From assembly GCA_964540145.1 (NCBI GenBank), contig CAZILS010000004.1:605-64604 (forward strand): a stretch of DNA of 64,000 nucleotides. The letters run 5' to 3'. A program made the translations under genes and the position numbers. The notes beneath the pieces are model-generated. The model was not told the DNA's origin. It worked only from the letters and a program-made list of their open reading frames with translations, and searched no databases. Source of the DNA: an uncultured archaeon. Its GTDB lineage: Archaea > Iainarchaeota > Iainarchaeia > Iainarchaeales > CAZILS01. Below, piece after piece: positions 35,828-45,638 of this stretch (its first letter is position 1; each line of letters starts with the position of its first letter).

Positions 35828-36817
35828 ATGGAGGTAATATCTGTGATGAGGAAAGCAATTGCACTATTTGTCCTTTTGGGATTGGTTCTTTCCATGGGCG
35901 CAGTTTCTGCGAAGAGCGCAAGCGATTGCGTTGAGGTAAAGCGGAGCGAGTTCCTTGAGTCGAGGCACACTTTCGACATCTCAAGGGCCATGATAAAGAA
36001 TGCCCAGATGGAAGGGGTTATAGAGGCTGCGGAGGAAAACGGCGCCGATGCCTCAAGCCTGGAATCCATCAGGGATGAAGTGAACAGTAAGTTCGATAAC
36101 ATAAGCACGGAAACCCGGGCTATGTACGGCGCCACTATGGGAGAAATCAGGGGCCTGCTGCAGCAGTTCAGGGAAACAGCAAGGGCGATGGGTGAGCTTG
36201 AGGGAAAGGAAAGCGAGGTCCGGGCAAAGATAGCCGAGAACGTTGAAGGAGTACAGGCCGAGGCAGACTCTATAAAGGGAGATGCGAAAGGCAAGGCAAA
36301 GGAAATTTCTTTGGGGCTCTTCGATTTCCATGTCTGCATAGCCGAGGTAAGGATAGGCACTCTCTCCGACAGGGGCCTTGACACAGCCGAAGCAACAGCA
36401 GCGCTCGACGAGGTAACTGCGAAGAGGCCTGTCCTTGAGGCAGCGCTTGAAACAGAAGACAGGGCCGAAATCGAGGAAGCAAACAACGAGGTCAAAGGCC
36501 TTTGGAAAGAGCTTAGAACGGCTTTCGCAAACGCCGTGAAGAAGAAAGCGCAGGAGTACGAAGAGAAGGTCATGGGCCGTGCGCAGGAAGCCATTGACGG
36601 GCTGAGGGGTGCGGGCGTTGACACTACGGCATTAGAAGAAAGCTGCAACGAAATTGAGGAAAAGTTCTCCGAGATAGATGCCTTGGCTGAAGAAGGCGAC
36701 AGGGCAGGAGCCCTGGCAGCAAGGCAGGAACTCAGGACACTGCTCCAGAAAACAGCCCAGGAAATTAAGGAAACATTCTGGGGCGTTAATGGGGGCAAAG
36801 GAGGCGCATCCGAATGA
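35828..36817 (+). CDS. Secreted alpha-helical protein (hypothetical)
   Basis: Signal peptide then an E/A/K-rich helical sequence. GGAGG ribosome-binding site and TATA-like box upstream. The antisense ORF is rejected. Confidence 0.6.
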   Translation: MEVISVMRKAIALFVLLGLVLSMGAVSAKSASDCVEVKRSEFLESRHTFDISRAMIKNAQMEGVIEAAEENGADASSLESIRDEVNSKFDNISTETRAMYGATMGEIRGLLQQFRETARAMGELEGKESEVRAKIAENVEGVQAEADSIKGDAKGKAKEISLGLFDFHVCIAEVRIGTLSDRGLDTAEATAALDEVTAKRPVLEAALETEDRAEIEEANNEVKGLWKELRTAFANAVKKKAQEYEEKVMGRAQEAIDGLRGAGVDTTALEESCNEIEEKFSEIDALAEEGDRAGALAARQELRTLLQKTAQEIKETFWGVNGGKGGASE

Positions 36818-37068
36818 ACACAAAAATAATCCTAATAGCGGCAGTTTTCGTTGTCCTTGCGGTAGGGCTTAGCGGCTGTGCGAAGAAAGCAGACGATGCC
36901 GGAACAACAGCGCCTGCAACAGGCGGAACCGATGTAGGGGATGTAGGGGAAACCCCAAGCCTTGATACAGACGTTCCCGACATAACAGGGGAAACCCTGC
37001 CTGCTGAAGGCGAAATAGACAGTACAGAGGCATACGGCTCTGAAGAGTTCGAGGAAGAGGTTTGGTGA
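36814..37068 (+). CDS. Small acidic lipoprotein
   Basis: Lipobox LSGC, D/E/T-rich; start overlaps the upstream stop (ATGA). Confidence 0.5.
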   Translation: MNTKIILIAAVFVVLAVGLSGCAKKADDAGTTAPATGGTDVGDVGETPSLDTDVPDITGETLPAEGEIDSTEAYGSEEFEEEVW

Positions 37069-37148
37069 ACGCCAAACCCCCTTTTTCTTTTTTTCACGCC
37101 GCAGGAATCCTTATATATGGGAAAACACAATAGTTCGCCGGCGGGAAC

Positions 37149-37850
37149 ATGGATTTCTACTTGATGGTAACCGCGCTTGCAATTGCCATCAACCTATACT
37201 TTGCATTTTACCTTATCCGGAAAAACCCGCATTTCCCTCCATACCAAATCGTCTTCTTCATCATGGTGTTCGTTGCCGCCTGGAACGCAAGCAGGCTATT
37301 CAGGGGATTCTTTGTTTTGGAAACCCCTGTCTCAATCGCGCTGCTCAGGATTGAGATAATCACCATACTCCTGATTATAACCCTGTTCCTGAGGTTCAGC
37401 CAGCTGCTCACCGCAAAACAGTACCCCCTCTGGCACAACTATGCCGCCTTTGCCCTGCTGGTGCCTCTTGTGGCATTCACAAGCTTCTTCGTGAAGGGGC
37501 TTCCCACACAATACTACACAACAGTCGGTTCTGCGGGAGCCCTAATGCCCCTTTTTTACCTCTATGTCTTCGTACTCATGGTGGTTTCAATTCGGTTCCT
37601 TTTAGGGGCAAGGTCGAGCGTTGAGGGCGCGCCGAAGAGAGGCCTTGAGCTCGTGATGGTCGCATTCGGCATTCCGCTTGTTGCGGGAATAATCGACATG
37701 ATAATAATCAACATGGGCATAATCGCCCCGGTCATCGCAAGCATTGCGACCGCATTCACGGGGCCGGTGATAATCTACGCTATGCTCAAGTACCATTCGG
37801 GGAAGAAACCTAAAGAAGAGGCCCCGAAAGAAAATAAGTCGGCAATGTAA
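37149..37850 (+). CDS. 7-TM membrane protein (hypothetical)
   Basis: 233 aa, seven hydrophobic helices, basic C-terminal tail. Confidence 0.55.
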   Translation: MDFYLMVTALAIAINLYFAFYLIRKNPHFPPYQIVFFIMVFVAAWNASRLFRGFFVLETPVSIALLRIEIITILLIITLFLRFSQLLTAKQYPLWHNYAAFALLVPLVAFTSFFVKGLPTQYYTTVGSAGALMPLFYLYVFVLMVVSIRFLLGARSSVEGAPKRGLELVMVAFGIPLVAGIIDMIIINMGIIAPVIASIATAFTGPVIIYAMLKYHSGKKPKEEAPKENKSAM

Positions 37851-37967
37851 AAAAATAAAAGGAGGGACAGCTACCGCCCCTTATTTGCCAAGTATATTGC
37901 CGCCCCCCGGAATACGGCGAGCCTGAATAAGCCTTTTTTATCGGCATTTGGCAAAAAAAACGGCAAC

Positions 37968-38390
37968 CTAGGAAACATCCCTCATCCTTTCCCAGTCGCC
38001 CTTACCCAGACTTCCGTCAGCATACTGCTTCGCTATTTCCCATCCAACATAAAGCCTGTACTTTCCGCTCTGCAGGAGAATTTCTGATTTTTCCTCCCCT
38101 TTCTTTTCCAAAGTTCCAACAACCGCCTTCAGCAGGCTGACAGCAGCATTAAACTCCTCAGAGTCCCCGCCTTCAACCTCATACTCGACGGTAATAGTTG
38201 CCTCCCCAATCTCAACCCTGCCAAGTTCCATGCCTGCGCTTTCCGCAATAAGTTCCTCGAATGAAGGCTCTGTAACAACTGCGTTTGCGTCATCAATCAC
38301 AGAAGTTTCTCCCCCGGCACAGCCTTCGCAAACACAACCCGCCAGCAGCAGGATTGCGAGTATTGCCGGCGCAAAAACAAAATTTTTCAT
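37968..38390 (-). CDS. Lipoprotein (hypothetical)
   Basis: The start is preferred at the ATG at 38390 (MKNFVFAPAILAILLLAGCVCEGC), which gives a signal peptide + lipobox. The longer ORF to 38594 runs into a repeat region. Confidence 0.55.
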   Translation of the reverse strand: MKNFVFAPAILAILLLAGCVCEGCAGGETSVIDDANAVVTEPSFEELIAESAGMELGRVEIGEATITVEYEVEGGDSEEFNAAVSLLKAVVGTLEKKGEEKSEILLQSGKYRLYVGWEIAKQYADGSLGKGDWERMRDVS

Positions 38391-38503
38391 GCTAAGAATT
38401 AGGAGGAAATTATATTTAAGTTTAGCACCTGTTTGCGAGTCCTTTTGGGACGAGCCAATCCCATACGCAGTATGGGATGCACTTATCGCGGGCATTGCGA
38501 TTG

Positions 38504-38717
38504 CCCTCAGTCCGCCCTCAAGCCGGTTTCGTCCGGCTGCACCGAGATATGTGTCCCACTTCATTTCATTCAGTGGGACGGTAATATTCCGCAATCAAAA
38601 GTACCCTCAGTCCGCCCTCAAGCCGGTTTCGTCCGGCTGCACCGAGATATGTGTCCCACTTCATTTCATTCAGTGGGACGGTAATATTCCGCAATCAAAA
38701 GTACCCTCAGTCCGCCC
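38504..38717. repeat. 100-bp tandem repeat, 2.14 copies, each unit containing two hairpins
   Basis: 38504..38603 is identical to 38604..38703, followed by a partial third unit. Hairpins AGCCGG-TTTCGT-CCGGCT and GTCCCACT-TCATTTCATTC-AGTGGGAC. Confidence 0.9.
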
Positions 38718-38774
38718 ATCTGTCGTCATCGGGGTGAATAGCCCCTCGGTTCATCGTCAGGTCATCATCGGGCA
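38717..38774 (+). repeat. 58-bp perfect direct repeat, left copy, flanking the AbiE-like cassette
   Basis: CATCTGTCGTCATCGGGGTGAATAGCCCCTCGGTTCATCGTCAGGTCATCATCGGGCA, identical to 40450..40507. Confidence 0.9.
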
Positions 38775-38908
38775 CACCTATAGATGACGTAACAAAATAT
38801 ATGTATTGTGTAACTAAGAAGTGTCAGGAATAGCCGGCTTGCATTTATAAATAAGCCAAATTAGGCATATATGCCTACTATTTATAAATACTTTGACTTA
38901 GTCATATA

Positions 38909-39595
38909 TTGGTAGTCTTAATGGCCAGAACCAAAAAAAAGCGCATGTTTGCCCTTTTGCTTGACCCTGCATATAAACCAACCAGCAAATATGCCCTTGC
39001 AAAAGAAGCAGGCTGCGATTCCTCCTGGGCAATAAAACTGATAAAACAGCTTGAAAACAAGGGCATTGTAAAAAATCTTGTTGTGGAGGACGCCAAAGGC
39101 CTGTTCCGGTTATTCCACAAGTTCCACCCCAAAAAAACAACTTCCAGGAGTTATTCCATCTACTCGTTTGGCGATGTGGACAAACTGATTGGCTTATTCA
39201 AAAAATCCAACAAAGAATACGCCTTTACTACTTATATGGCGGAGAACCTCGTGCAAAAGCATTTGTTCTGCCACCGGGTTGAGGCTTACATAAAGAAAGA
39301 CGATTTGGACGAATGGCACAAGCAGTTAACTGCGATAGGAACTTACGGCGGCGGCAACGTAAGGATTATTGTTTCTTCCAATGACGAGCTTTTCAATAAG
39401 AAAAGGATATCTGACACAGTAGTTGGCCGGAAATTTTTTAGTGCGAAGAAGCCCGAACGCAAAAAAGAAAGCGAAGGCCCGTGGGTAGTTAATATCCCTC
39501 AATTGATTTCTGATTTGTATGCCGAGAGCGGGCCTGCTGCCGAAGCTGCCGACCTGCTTCTGGAAAAACTCGTGAAATCATTGAAGGAGAGATAG
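38909..39595 (+). CDS. AbiEi-like winged-HTH protein (putative type IV antitoxin/transcriptional regulator)
   Basis: N-terminal wHTH (SKYALAKEAGCDSSWAIKLIKQLENKGIV); 228 aa; translationally coupled to a DUF1814-type nucleotidyltransferase. Confidence 0.5.
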   Translation: MVVLMARTKKKRMFALLLDPAYKPTSKYALAKEAGCDSSWAIKLIKQLENKGIVKNLVVEDAKGLFRLFHKFHPKKTTSRSYSIYSFGDVDKLIGLFKKSNKEYAFTTYMAENLVQKHLFCHRVEAYIKKDDLDEWHKQLTAIGTYGGGNVRIIVSSNDELFNKKRISDTVVGRKFFSAKKPERKKESEGPWVVNIPQLISDLYAESGPAAEAADLLLEKLVKSLKER

Positions 39596-40389
39596 TGATG
39601 TATGATGAGAGAGAAACCAAGCGGTCTTACGAGTACCTGCAAAAGGTGCTTTCTGTTTTGGAAGAGCCCATATGCCTGCTTGGTGGCTGGGCAATATTCC
39701 TGACTGTCAATAAGCCCTACAGGGCCAACGTTGGCAGGGATTATTTGGGTTCAAGGGACATTGATTTGGGATTTCATCTGGAGGAAGGAAAGAGTTTTTC
39801 GAAATCGGCTTTTGCCCATTCAATGAAAAAGCTTGAAGAAGAAGGCTTCAGGGAAGTTGGCGGTAGAATGGTAAAGGAGCTTGATTTTGAAACAGGCAAA
39901 GAACTCTCAAAAGTGGAAGCGCAAGCAAAGCCACCATTTGATATCCACAAAATGTTCGTTGACCTCATGGCGGACCACGCCCCAGAATTCGTCGATGAGA
40001 AAAACCACAAATTGCTTCTTGACGAAACGCTCCTTGAATGTGTTTTTGCAAATAGGGAAAACCGTACCGAGCTTGGAGAGTTCAACAAAAAACTCTGGCT
40101 GCCAAAACCTTGGCTTTTGCTGGCGATGAAAACCAAGTCCCTGCCCGGAAGGCAAAAAGAGGACAAGCGGAAAAAGGATATTGCCGACATTGCCGCACTC
40201 CTTCTTTTTGCCGGGCCGGAAAGTGCCCCCTTGAGAATGCTTGAAGTGTTGAGAAAAGACAAAATACTCCGAAGCTTGAAAGGAATTTCGCAGGCAGAAA
40301 TAAACGAAGCTGAATCATTGCTTGGCGTTCAGCTAAATTCTTTCAGAGCCGCACTGGCCGAAACTATCAACCAGATAGAACAAACTTAA
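39595..40389 (+). CDS. AbiEii/DUF1814-like nucleotidyltransferase (putative toxin)
   Basis: LGGWAIFL...GSRDIDLGF matches the KGGTAL...R(F)SEDIDF Pol-beta-type nucleotidyltransferase motif of AbiEii-family proteins. Confidence 0.55.
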   Translation: MMYDERETKRSYEYLQKVLSVLEEPICLLGGWAIFLTVNKPYRANVGRDYLGSRDIDLGFHLEEGKSFSKSAFAHSMKKLEEEGFREVGGRMVKELDFETGKELSKVEAQAKPPFDIHKMFVDLMADHAPEFVDEKNHKLLLDETLLECVFANRENRTELGEFNKKLWLPKPWLLLAMKTKSLPGRQKEDKRKKDIADIAALLLFAGPESAPLRMLEVLRKDKILRSLKGISQAEINEAESLLGVQLNSFRAALAETINQIEQT

Positions 40390-40449
40390 AAGGCAAAATA
40401 AAGAAAATTTTGTTATTTCAAGAATAAAACTTGTGTGGATTATCCTGTT

Positions 40450-40507
40450 CATCTGTCGTCATCGGGGTGAATAGCCCCTCGGTTCATCGTCAGGTCATCA
40501 TCGGGCA
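40450..40507 (+). repeat. 58-bp perfect direct repeat, right copy
   Basis: Identical to 38717..38774. Confidence 0.9.
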
Positions 40508-40539
40508 GCATAATTGCCCCTGCAAGGGTTTTTAATCGC

Positions 40540-40782
40540 TTGCCGGGCACCTTTATTTATGAAGGGAAAGTCCGGAACCAGGGCAGCTGCCCTGTGCCTG
40601 TCGATATGCTGCAGGAGCTCCCCTTGTTTAGGGATTTTGGAATACTTTGCGTCGACCTTTCCGGTTGTAAGGAAAGGGCTGGCGAGGCCATGGGAAGGCT
40701 GCGCACAGCGCTCTCCGGAAAAACCCCCGAAAAGAAGTACGCGAAGTTCACCAGGGGCCGCCGGCTCAAGGAAGCGCCTTAG
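40540..40782 (+). CDS. Hypothetical small protein (80 aa)
   Basis: ORF in a GC-rich spacer between the right repeat and the SPFH gene. Coding status is uncertain. Confidence 0.2.
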   Translation: MPGTFIYEGKVRNQGSCPVPVDMLQELPLFRDFGILCVDLSGCKERAGEAMGRLRTALSGKTPEKKYAKFTRGRRLKEAP

Positions 40783-40787
40783 GAAAC

Positions 40788-41675
40788 TTATTTCTTCGGC
40801 TTCTTTTCTAAGGGAATTATTTTCGGCTTTCCGCCGTCAAGGCCTATCATGTTGATTACCTCGCTCCCCGAGGGAACAACAAGCTTTGCGTTATCTCTCA
40901 ATGAATTCTCCGCAACCTCAAGCCTTTTCAAGGTTACTGCGTTTCCCTTGAAGTATTTCTCCGCAGCTTCATTCACAAGCTTTATGGCTTTTGCATCGGC
41001 CTCGGCCTTCAGCTCAACAGCCCTTGCTTGCCCCTCTGCTTTTTTTATCTCCGCGCGCCTTTCCCCATCTGCGACAATCTCAACAGCGGTCGCCCTGTCC
41101 TTTGCGGCAATCCTTTCGTTCTCCGCCTTGACAACATCATTCATCGTTGCCTGCACATCCTCCGGGGGCTCAATCTCCTTCAGCTCCGACCTCACAATCT
41201 GTATTCCCCAGATATTGGTCTGTTCCCTTAGCTCCTTTGCGAGGGTTGTGTTGAGCCTGTTCCTCTGGTTGTTCGCCTCTGTCAAGGTCATATTTCCAAT
41301 AATGTCCCTCAAGGTTGTCCTTGCGAGGTTCACAATCTGGTATTTGTAGTTGTCGACGTGGTATTGCGATTTCTTAACGCTCTCATCGTCCTGTTGAACC
41401 TTGAAATAAATCTGGGCATCAACCTTGGCGTTTAGGTTGTCCTTTGTGATAACTTCCTGGGATTCGGCATCAACCATCTGCTCCGTGATGTTGATGTAAA
41501 TCATCCTGTCGACAAAAGGTATGAGGAAGTGTATCCCCGCGGAAACAATGCGGTTGAATTTCCCAAACCTTTCCACAACCCCCCTGTGCGTCGGCCTAAC
41601 AATCCTTATCGAAAGGAAAAGAAGCACAGCCAGAACTATTATCACGAAACCCCAAAACATAATATCCAGAACCAT
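40788..41675 (-). CDS. SPFH/band-7 (stomatin/prohibitin-like) membrane protein
   Basis: N-terminal TM helix, SPFH domain (RIVRPTHRGVVERFGKF..., coiled-coil AEADAKAIKL). Confidence 0.8.
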   Translation of the reverse strand: MVLDIMFWGFVIIVLAVLLFLSIRIVRPTHRGVVERFGKFNRIVSAGIHFLIPFVDRMIYINITEQMVDAESQEVITKDNLNAKVDAQIYFKVQQDDESVKKSQYHVDNYKYQIVNLARTTLRDIIGNMTLTEANNQRNRLNTTLAKELREQTNIWGIQIVRSELKEIEPPEDVQATMNDVVKAENERIAAKDRATAVEIVADGERRAEIKKAEGQARAVELKAEADAKAIKLVNEAAEKYFKGNAVTLKRLEVAENSLRDNAKLVVPSGSEVINMIGLDGGKPKIIPLEKKPKK

Positions 41676-41724
41676 ATCAGCCCCCCTAGTGTAATTTCTG
41701 CCGGAAAGTGAATAAAAAGCTATC

Positions 41725-43632
41725 TTAACCGCGGTTCTTCCACAAAGTTATCCCCAAAAGCAGGAGGGAGGGCGTTAGGAGTACGGCAAAGTCCGAGAGT
41801 AGCGCGGCAAGCGGCAGCCCCCTGGTCATTATCCCCGAGAGTATGTTTGTTGCCGCGGTTAACGGAAGGACTGAGGCAATTGCGTCTATCGGCTGGGGCA
41901 TGAATTCTATGGGGAAAACCATCCCGCTAAGGAACAGCATCGGTATCAGGACAAGCAGCGAGGAAAGGATTGCGGTCGCCTGTGTCTTCATTATTTCCGG
42001 GATGAACAGGCCTATGCAGATGAACGAGAATGAAACTAACGCAAGCGCAATCACAAAGTCTGTTATGTTTGGAGGTATGGGAACGCCGAAAGCAAAGAAC
42101 GCTATCACAAGGATAATCGCAGCTTCAATCAACGCAAAGACCATCTGCCCAAGCATCTTCCCCGCAAGCCAGGATGAGTGTTTGGTGGGGGAGCTCTTCA
42201 GCCTGAAATAAATCCCCTTCTCCCTTTCGATTATGACAGAGGAGCTTGCAAGCAGGAGTGTTGTAAGCAAAAGGATGAGCGCCATGCTCACAGGAACCAT
42301 TGCGCTAACTTTGGTTATCCCATAGACAGGCTCTATCCCCAGCTTGATGGGATTCACAATATACTCGGGGCTGAACTCCTTCAGCCCCTCAAGTGTATTG
42401 ATAAGGCCGGTGAAGGTGTACTTTGCGTTTTTCAACTCGCCAAGCACAAAGACTTTTGACTCATAGGTCGAGGAGACAAGCTCCTTTGACTGGCCTATCA
42501 GGGAGCCTATCTTTGTGAAATCTCCCGAAAACTCCTCTATCTCCGCCTTTGCAAGGTCCAGCCTGGAATCTGCGAGAAGGAGCTTCTCCTCCGCGGCATC
42601 GAGCTTCTGCCTTGTGTCATCTATATCCTTAATTATCTCGTTTATCCCAACGCTCGCTTCCTTCACATCCTGCAAAGAGCTGCTTAGTGTTGAGTGTATC
42701 CCGAAGAGCAGACTTTTCAGCGGCTCATCAGAAATCTCGGCAGCACCGTAAAGGCCGTTTAAATCCTCTTCGAAAGGCAGGAGGACATCATCTATCCGGC
42801 CCCTAACCCCTGCAGCATCCTGCCTATATCCTTCCAAACTTACCTTCATCCCGTTAATGTCGGAAAGTGTGGTGTTGATATCCTGCTTCGATTGCTCATA
42901 ATACTCGTCAAACAATGAAAGCTTTGAAAGTATCTGGTTTGTGTCGATTGAATGTATGCTCTCGTTAAGGTCGAGAAGCTCCCGGTTGGTTGACTCAAGC
43001 TGGCCTATAATCTCATCCGTCTTCCCCGCCTGGTCGGAGATGTTCGAGGTTATTTCATTGAGGTTCTCAAGCAGCGAGGTCAATATCTCCGATGATTTCT
43101 TGAAGCCAATGGCGTTGATTGCAGTCTGCGCCTGCGTAAGTATTGTTCCGGATGCGAACAGCGAGGAATCATCGTATAGGAACTGCGCCTTAATAAAATC
43201 TTTTTTGAATTCAGGCGCCTGCACCACAGCCCCGACAACAACCTCCCCCTTCTTTATCCCCCCAACCAAATTATCTTTTGTGCTGTACTCAACTATGTCA
43301 AGGTATTGGAAAGAGGAAAGTTCGCCCCTAAACGAGTTCGAGTCGAAGAACAGACTTTCTTCGGGAAGGACAAGGCCCATTGCAACATTCTCCAAACCGG
43401 TCTCTCCAAATGAAATGTCAATTACAGAAACCCCGCTCAGGGCAAAAGCAAGCGACGCTATTGCAAGAACAGGGTAGAGGAAGATAAGCGCAATCGCTAT
43501 GTTCTGCGAGCGTATGAGCTGTATTTCCTTTGATGAAAAGGCAATAACCTTCTCAATGCTCCTCGCAAGCGCCTTAAGGTATTCAAAAAAACTACTCATC
43601 GGGTTTCTCCCCCGTAAGCCTAAGGAACACAT
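41725..43632 (-). CDS. ABC-2 type transporter permease with large extracytoplasmic coiled-coil domain (YhgE/Pip-like)
   Basis: N-terminal TM helix, roughly 350-aa helical ectodomain and a C-terminal 5-TM ABC-2 domain. The start is probably the ATG giving MSSFFEY. Confidence 0.7.
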   Translation of the reverse strand: MCSLGLRGRNPMSSFFEYLKALARSIEKVIAFSSKEIQLIRSQNIAIALIFLYPVLAIASLAFALSGVSVIDISFGETGLENVAMGLVLPEESLFFDSNSFRGELSSFQYLDIVEYSTKDNLVGGIKKGEVVVGAVVQAPEFKKDFIKAQFLYDDSSLFASGTILTQAQTAINAIGFKKSSEILTSLLENLNEITSNISDQAGKTDEIIGQLESTNRELLDLNESIHSIDTNQILSKLSLFDEYYEQSKQDINTTLSDINGMKVSLEGYRQDAAGVRGRIDDVLLPFEEDLNGLYGAAEISDEPLKSLLFGIHSTLSSSLQDVKEASVGINEIIKDIDDTRQKLDAAEEKLLLADSRLDLAKAEIEEFSGDFTKIGSLIGQSKELVSSTYESKVFVLGELKNAKYTFTGLINTLEGLKEFSPEYIVNPIKLGIEPVYGITKVSAMVPVSMALILLLTTLLLASSSVIIEREKGIYFRLKSSPTKHSSWLAGKMLGQMVFALIEAAIILVIAFFAFGVPIPPNITDFVIALALVSFSFICIGLFIPEIMKTQATAILSSLLVLIPMLFLSGMVFPIEFMPQPIDAIASVLPLTAATNILSGIMTRGLPLAALLSDFAVLLTPSLLLLGITLWKNRG

Positions 43633-44587
43633 CTTCCAAATCCGGTTCTTTAATCAGGCTGCTCTGTATCTCGACCTTATGCTTGGCAAGCAGTGAATTT
43701 ATCTCTGCGAGACTTTTCAGGGAGGACTTTCTTGGGAAGGAAATTGTGATGTTATTTTCCCCCAAATTTATCTCCGCTCCCGGGACTTTCTTCTCAAGGA
43801 CAGGAACTATTTTCTCATTCAATCCCGCCGCCTTTATTCTGATGATTTCCTTTCCCCCGTATTTGTCAATCAGGTTTTCCGGACCGTCTGTCTCAAGCAC
43901 CTTTCCCCCGAACAGGATGGAAACCCGGTCGGAAAGGTATTGCGCCTCATCCAAATAATGGGTTGTGAGGCAGATTGTTTTCCCCTGCCCCTTAAGCTCA
44001 AGTATCTTCTCCCAGAGCAGCTTCCGTATTGCGGGATCCAAGGCAACTGTCGGTTCATCGAGAAAAATTATCTCGGGATTATGTATAAGCGAGCAGCCGA
44101 TATTGAGCAGCCTTCGATAGCCCCCGCTAAGGAACCTTGCCTTCGTGTTCCTGAACTGCCTAAGACCGAGCCAGCCGAGGAGATAATCGCTGCGTTTCCC
44201 CAAATCCGAACCAAAAACATCGAACATCTTGCCGAACAGCTCAAGGTTCTTCTCAACTGTAAAGTCCCCGAAGAAGAACTCCTCCTGCGGAACAACCCCT
44301 ATCCGCCTCTTGTCCCTGCTGCTTTTCCCGAAGAACATTACGCTTCCGTTGTTCGGCTTCTCGATGCCGATAATCAGCTTCATCAAGGTGCTCTTTCCCG
44401 CGCCGTTGGGCCCAAGGAGCGAGTGAATCTCCCCCCGTTCCAGGGAGAAGGAGACATCGAACAGCACTATCTTTTCCCCATATATCTTCGAGACAGACCT
44501 TGCCTCGACAATAGCCTCGCCCATCTTGAAATTAACGCCTAACTCCTTTATATCCTTGCCCTTCGCTTTGCGAGGTAGCCTATGCAC
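43592..44587 (-). CDS. ABC transporter ATP-binding protein
   Basis: Walker A GPNGAGKST, signature LSGGYRR, Walker B IFLDEPT. The start is probably the internal ATG (MGEAIVEAR). Confidence 0.85.
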   Translation of the reverse strand: MHRLPRKAKGKDIKELGVNFKMGEAIVEARSVSKIYGEKIVLFDVSFSLERGEIHSLLGPNGAGKSTLMKLIIGIEKPNNGSVMFFGKSSRDKRRIGVVPQEEFFFGDFTVEKNLELFGKMFDVFGSDLGKRSDYLLGWLGLRQFRNTKARFLSGGYRRLLNIGCSLIHNPEIIFLDEPTVALDPAIRKLLWEKILELKGQGKTICLTTHYLDEAQYLSDRVSILFGGKVLETDGPENLIDKYGGKEIIRIKAAGLNEKIVPVLEKKVPGAEINLGENNITISFPRKSSLKSLAEINSLLAKHKVEIQSSLIKEPDLEDVFLRLTGEKPDE

Positions 44588-45258
44588 AGCCCCATAACTA
44601 TTGCGGAAATTATCGCGGCCGCAAGTTCAACAAATGGGAAAGCTATTGGAGCTTCAGCTTCCCCTTCGGGAAGAGGCGCTTCCCACGCATCTATTTGTGG
44701 CTGCGTATCCGAGAGTTCCTCGCCTTCCGCAGGCGCATATGTTTTTACCGGTTCTCTTTCCCCTTTTGCGGAAGTGTCCGCATCGGCACCGGTGTCTGCG
44801 CCGGCAACAGTTTCTGGTGCGGTCATAGGCGCAGGATAAATATCATTTCCGTAAACAGCCTGCCCGGAGTTTCCCGCAACTATCGGCATATCGGAAACGC
44901 CAACTCCCGCCATCATAAGGAAAACCGCCCCAACAAAAACAATCGAGGAAAATCCAAGGATAATCATAACATTTGTCTCGGAAGGGAAGACAACATTCCT
45001 TCCCTTTCTTGTGAGTTCCCAGTACTTCCACTTATACCCTTCATCCTTTTGGGAAATAAGTTCCGCGTTCTGCAGCATATCGAGGTGTTCCTTCACTGTG
45101 CTTGGCTTTAGGTTGTGCTGTTTGGAAAGCTCGCTCAATGTCTTTCTTCTTTCCCCCAGGCTCTTGAGGAGGTTAATTCTCGTATCTGCCGCGAGCGCCT
45201 TGAATGACTCCCTGTCAAGAGTTATTTTCTCCTCCACCATAAACACCTTCATGCCCAA
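44548..45258 (-). CDS. ArsR-family HTH regulator fused to transmembrane segments
   Basis: ArsR/SmtB HTH (LAADTRINLLKSLGERRKTLSELSKQHNLKPSTVKEHLDML) plus two TM helices. Confidence 0.65.
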   Translation of the reverse strand: MGMKVFMVEEKITLDRESFKALAADTRINLLKSLGERRKTLSELSKQHNLKPSTVKEHLDMLQNAELISQKDEGYKWKYWELTRKGRNVVFPSETNVMIILGFSSIVFVGAVFLMMAGVGVSDMPIVAGNSGQAVYGNDIYPAPMTAPETVAGADTGADADTSAKGEREPVKTYAPAEGEELSDTQPQIDAWEAPLPEGEAEAPIAFPFVELAAAIISAIVMGLCIGYLAKRRARI

Positions 45259-45288
45259 AGTTAAATAAAAAACCTCGGTTTTCCGGAT

Positions 45289-45564
45289 TTAATCCAGCCT
45301 CCCGGCAACGATAAATCCCACAAGTCCGGTTGTAAGGCCTATGCCGGCAAGCAAGGCGCTTGCCTTCAATGCCTCAATTTCTTCCGGGGAGGGGGACAGA
45401 ATTTTCCCGGTTGGCGGACCGCGGCTTTGCCCTGCGTTCATGTCTGCAATCCCCTGCGGCGGCACAGCCCCCGAATCCTCGGCAATTGCCATTTCAGGGC
45501 TGGGCAGAAGCCCGGGCATAAGCAGGGCAAGCCCGAAGAACGCAGCGAAGTAATTCCTGCCCAT
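45289..45564 (-). CDS. Small secreted/membrane protein (hypothetical)
   Basis: Signal peptide and C-terminal TM helix; 91 aa. Confidence 0.4.
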   Translation of the reverse strand: MGRNYFAAFFGLALLMPGLLPSPEMAIAEDSGAVPPQGIADMNAGQSRGPPTGKILSPSPEEIEALKASALLAGIGLTTGLVGFIVAGRLD

Positions 45565-45638
45565 GGATAATTATGGCAAGGGCTTTGTTAATAGGTTTTT
45601 GAAATAGTTAGGGAAACACCTAACTGCCTAAGGCTGAA

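Larger units (their letters stand above)
38717..40507 (+). mobile_element. Putative inserted cassette (about 1.8 kb) carrying an AbiEi/AbiEii-like toxin-antitoxin pair, bounded by 58-bp perfect direct repeats; no recombinase inside
   Basis: The direct repeats are identical over 58 bp. The two co-directional genes have a 1-nt stop/start overlap. The cassette is preceded by 100-bp tandem repeats. Confidence 0.45.

Noticed and set aside
35821-36798. 325-aa ORF antisense to the secreted helical protein gene
   Set aside because: S/A-rich low complexity. The plus-strand gene has a signal peptide, a ribosome-binding site and a TATA-like box.
38230-38787. ORFs 38230..38787 and 38433..38684 (+)
   Set aside because: Generated by the 100-bp tandem repeats and the 58-bp direct repeat; the translations repeat themselves.
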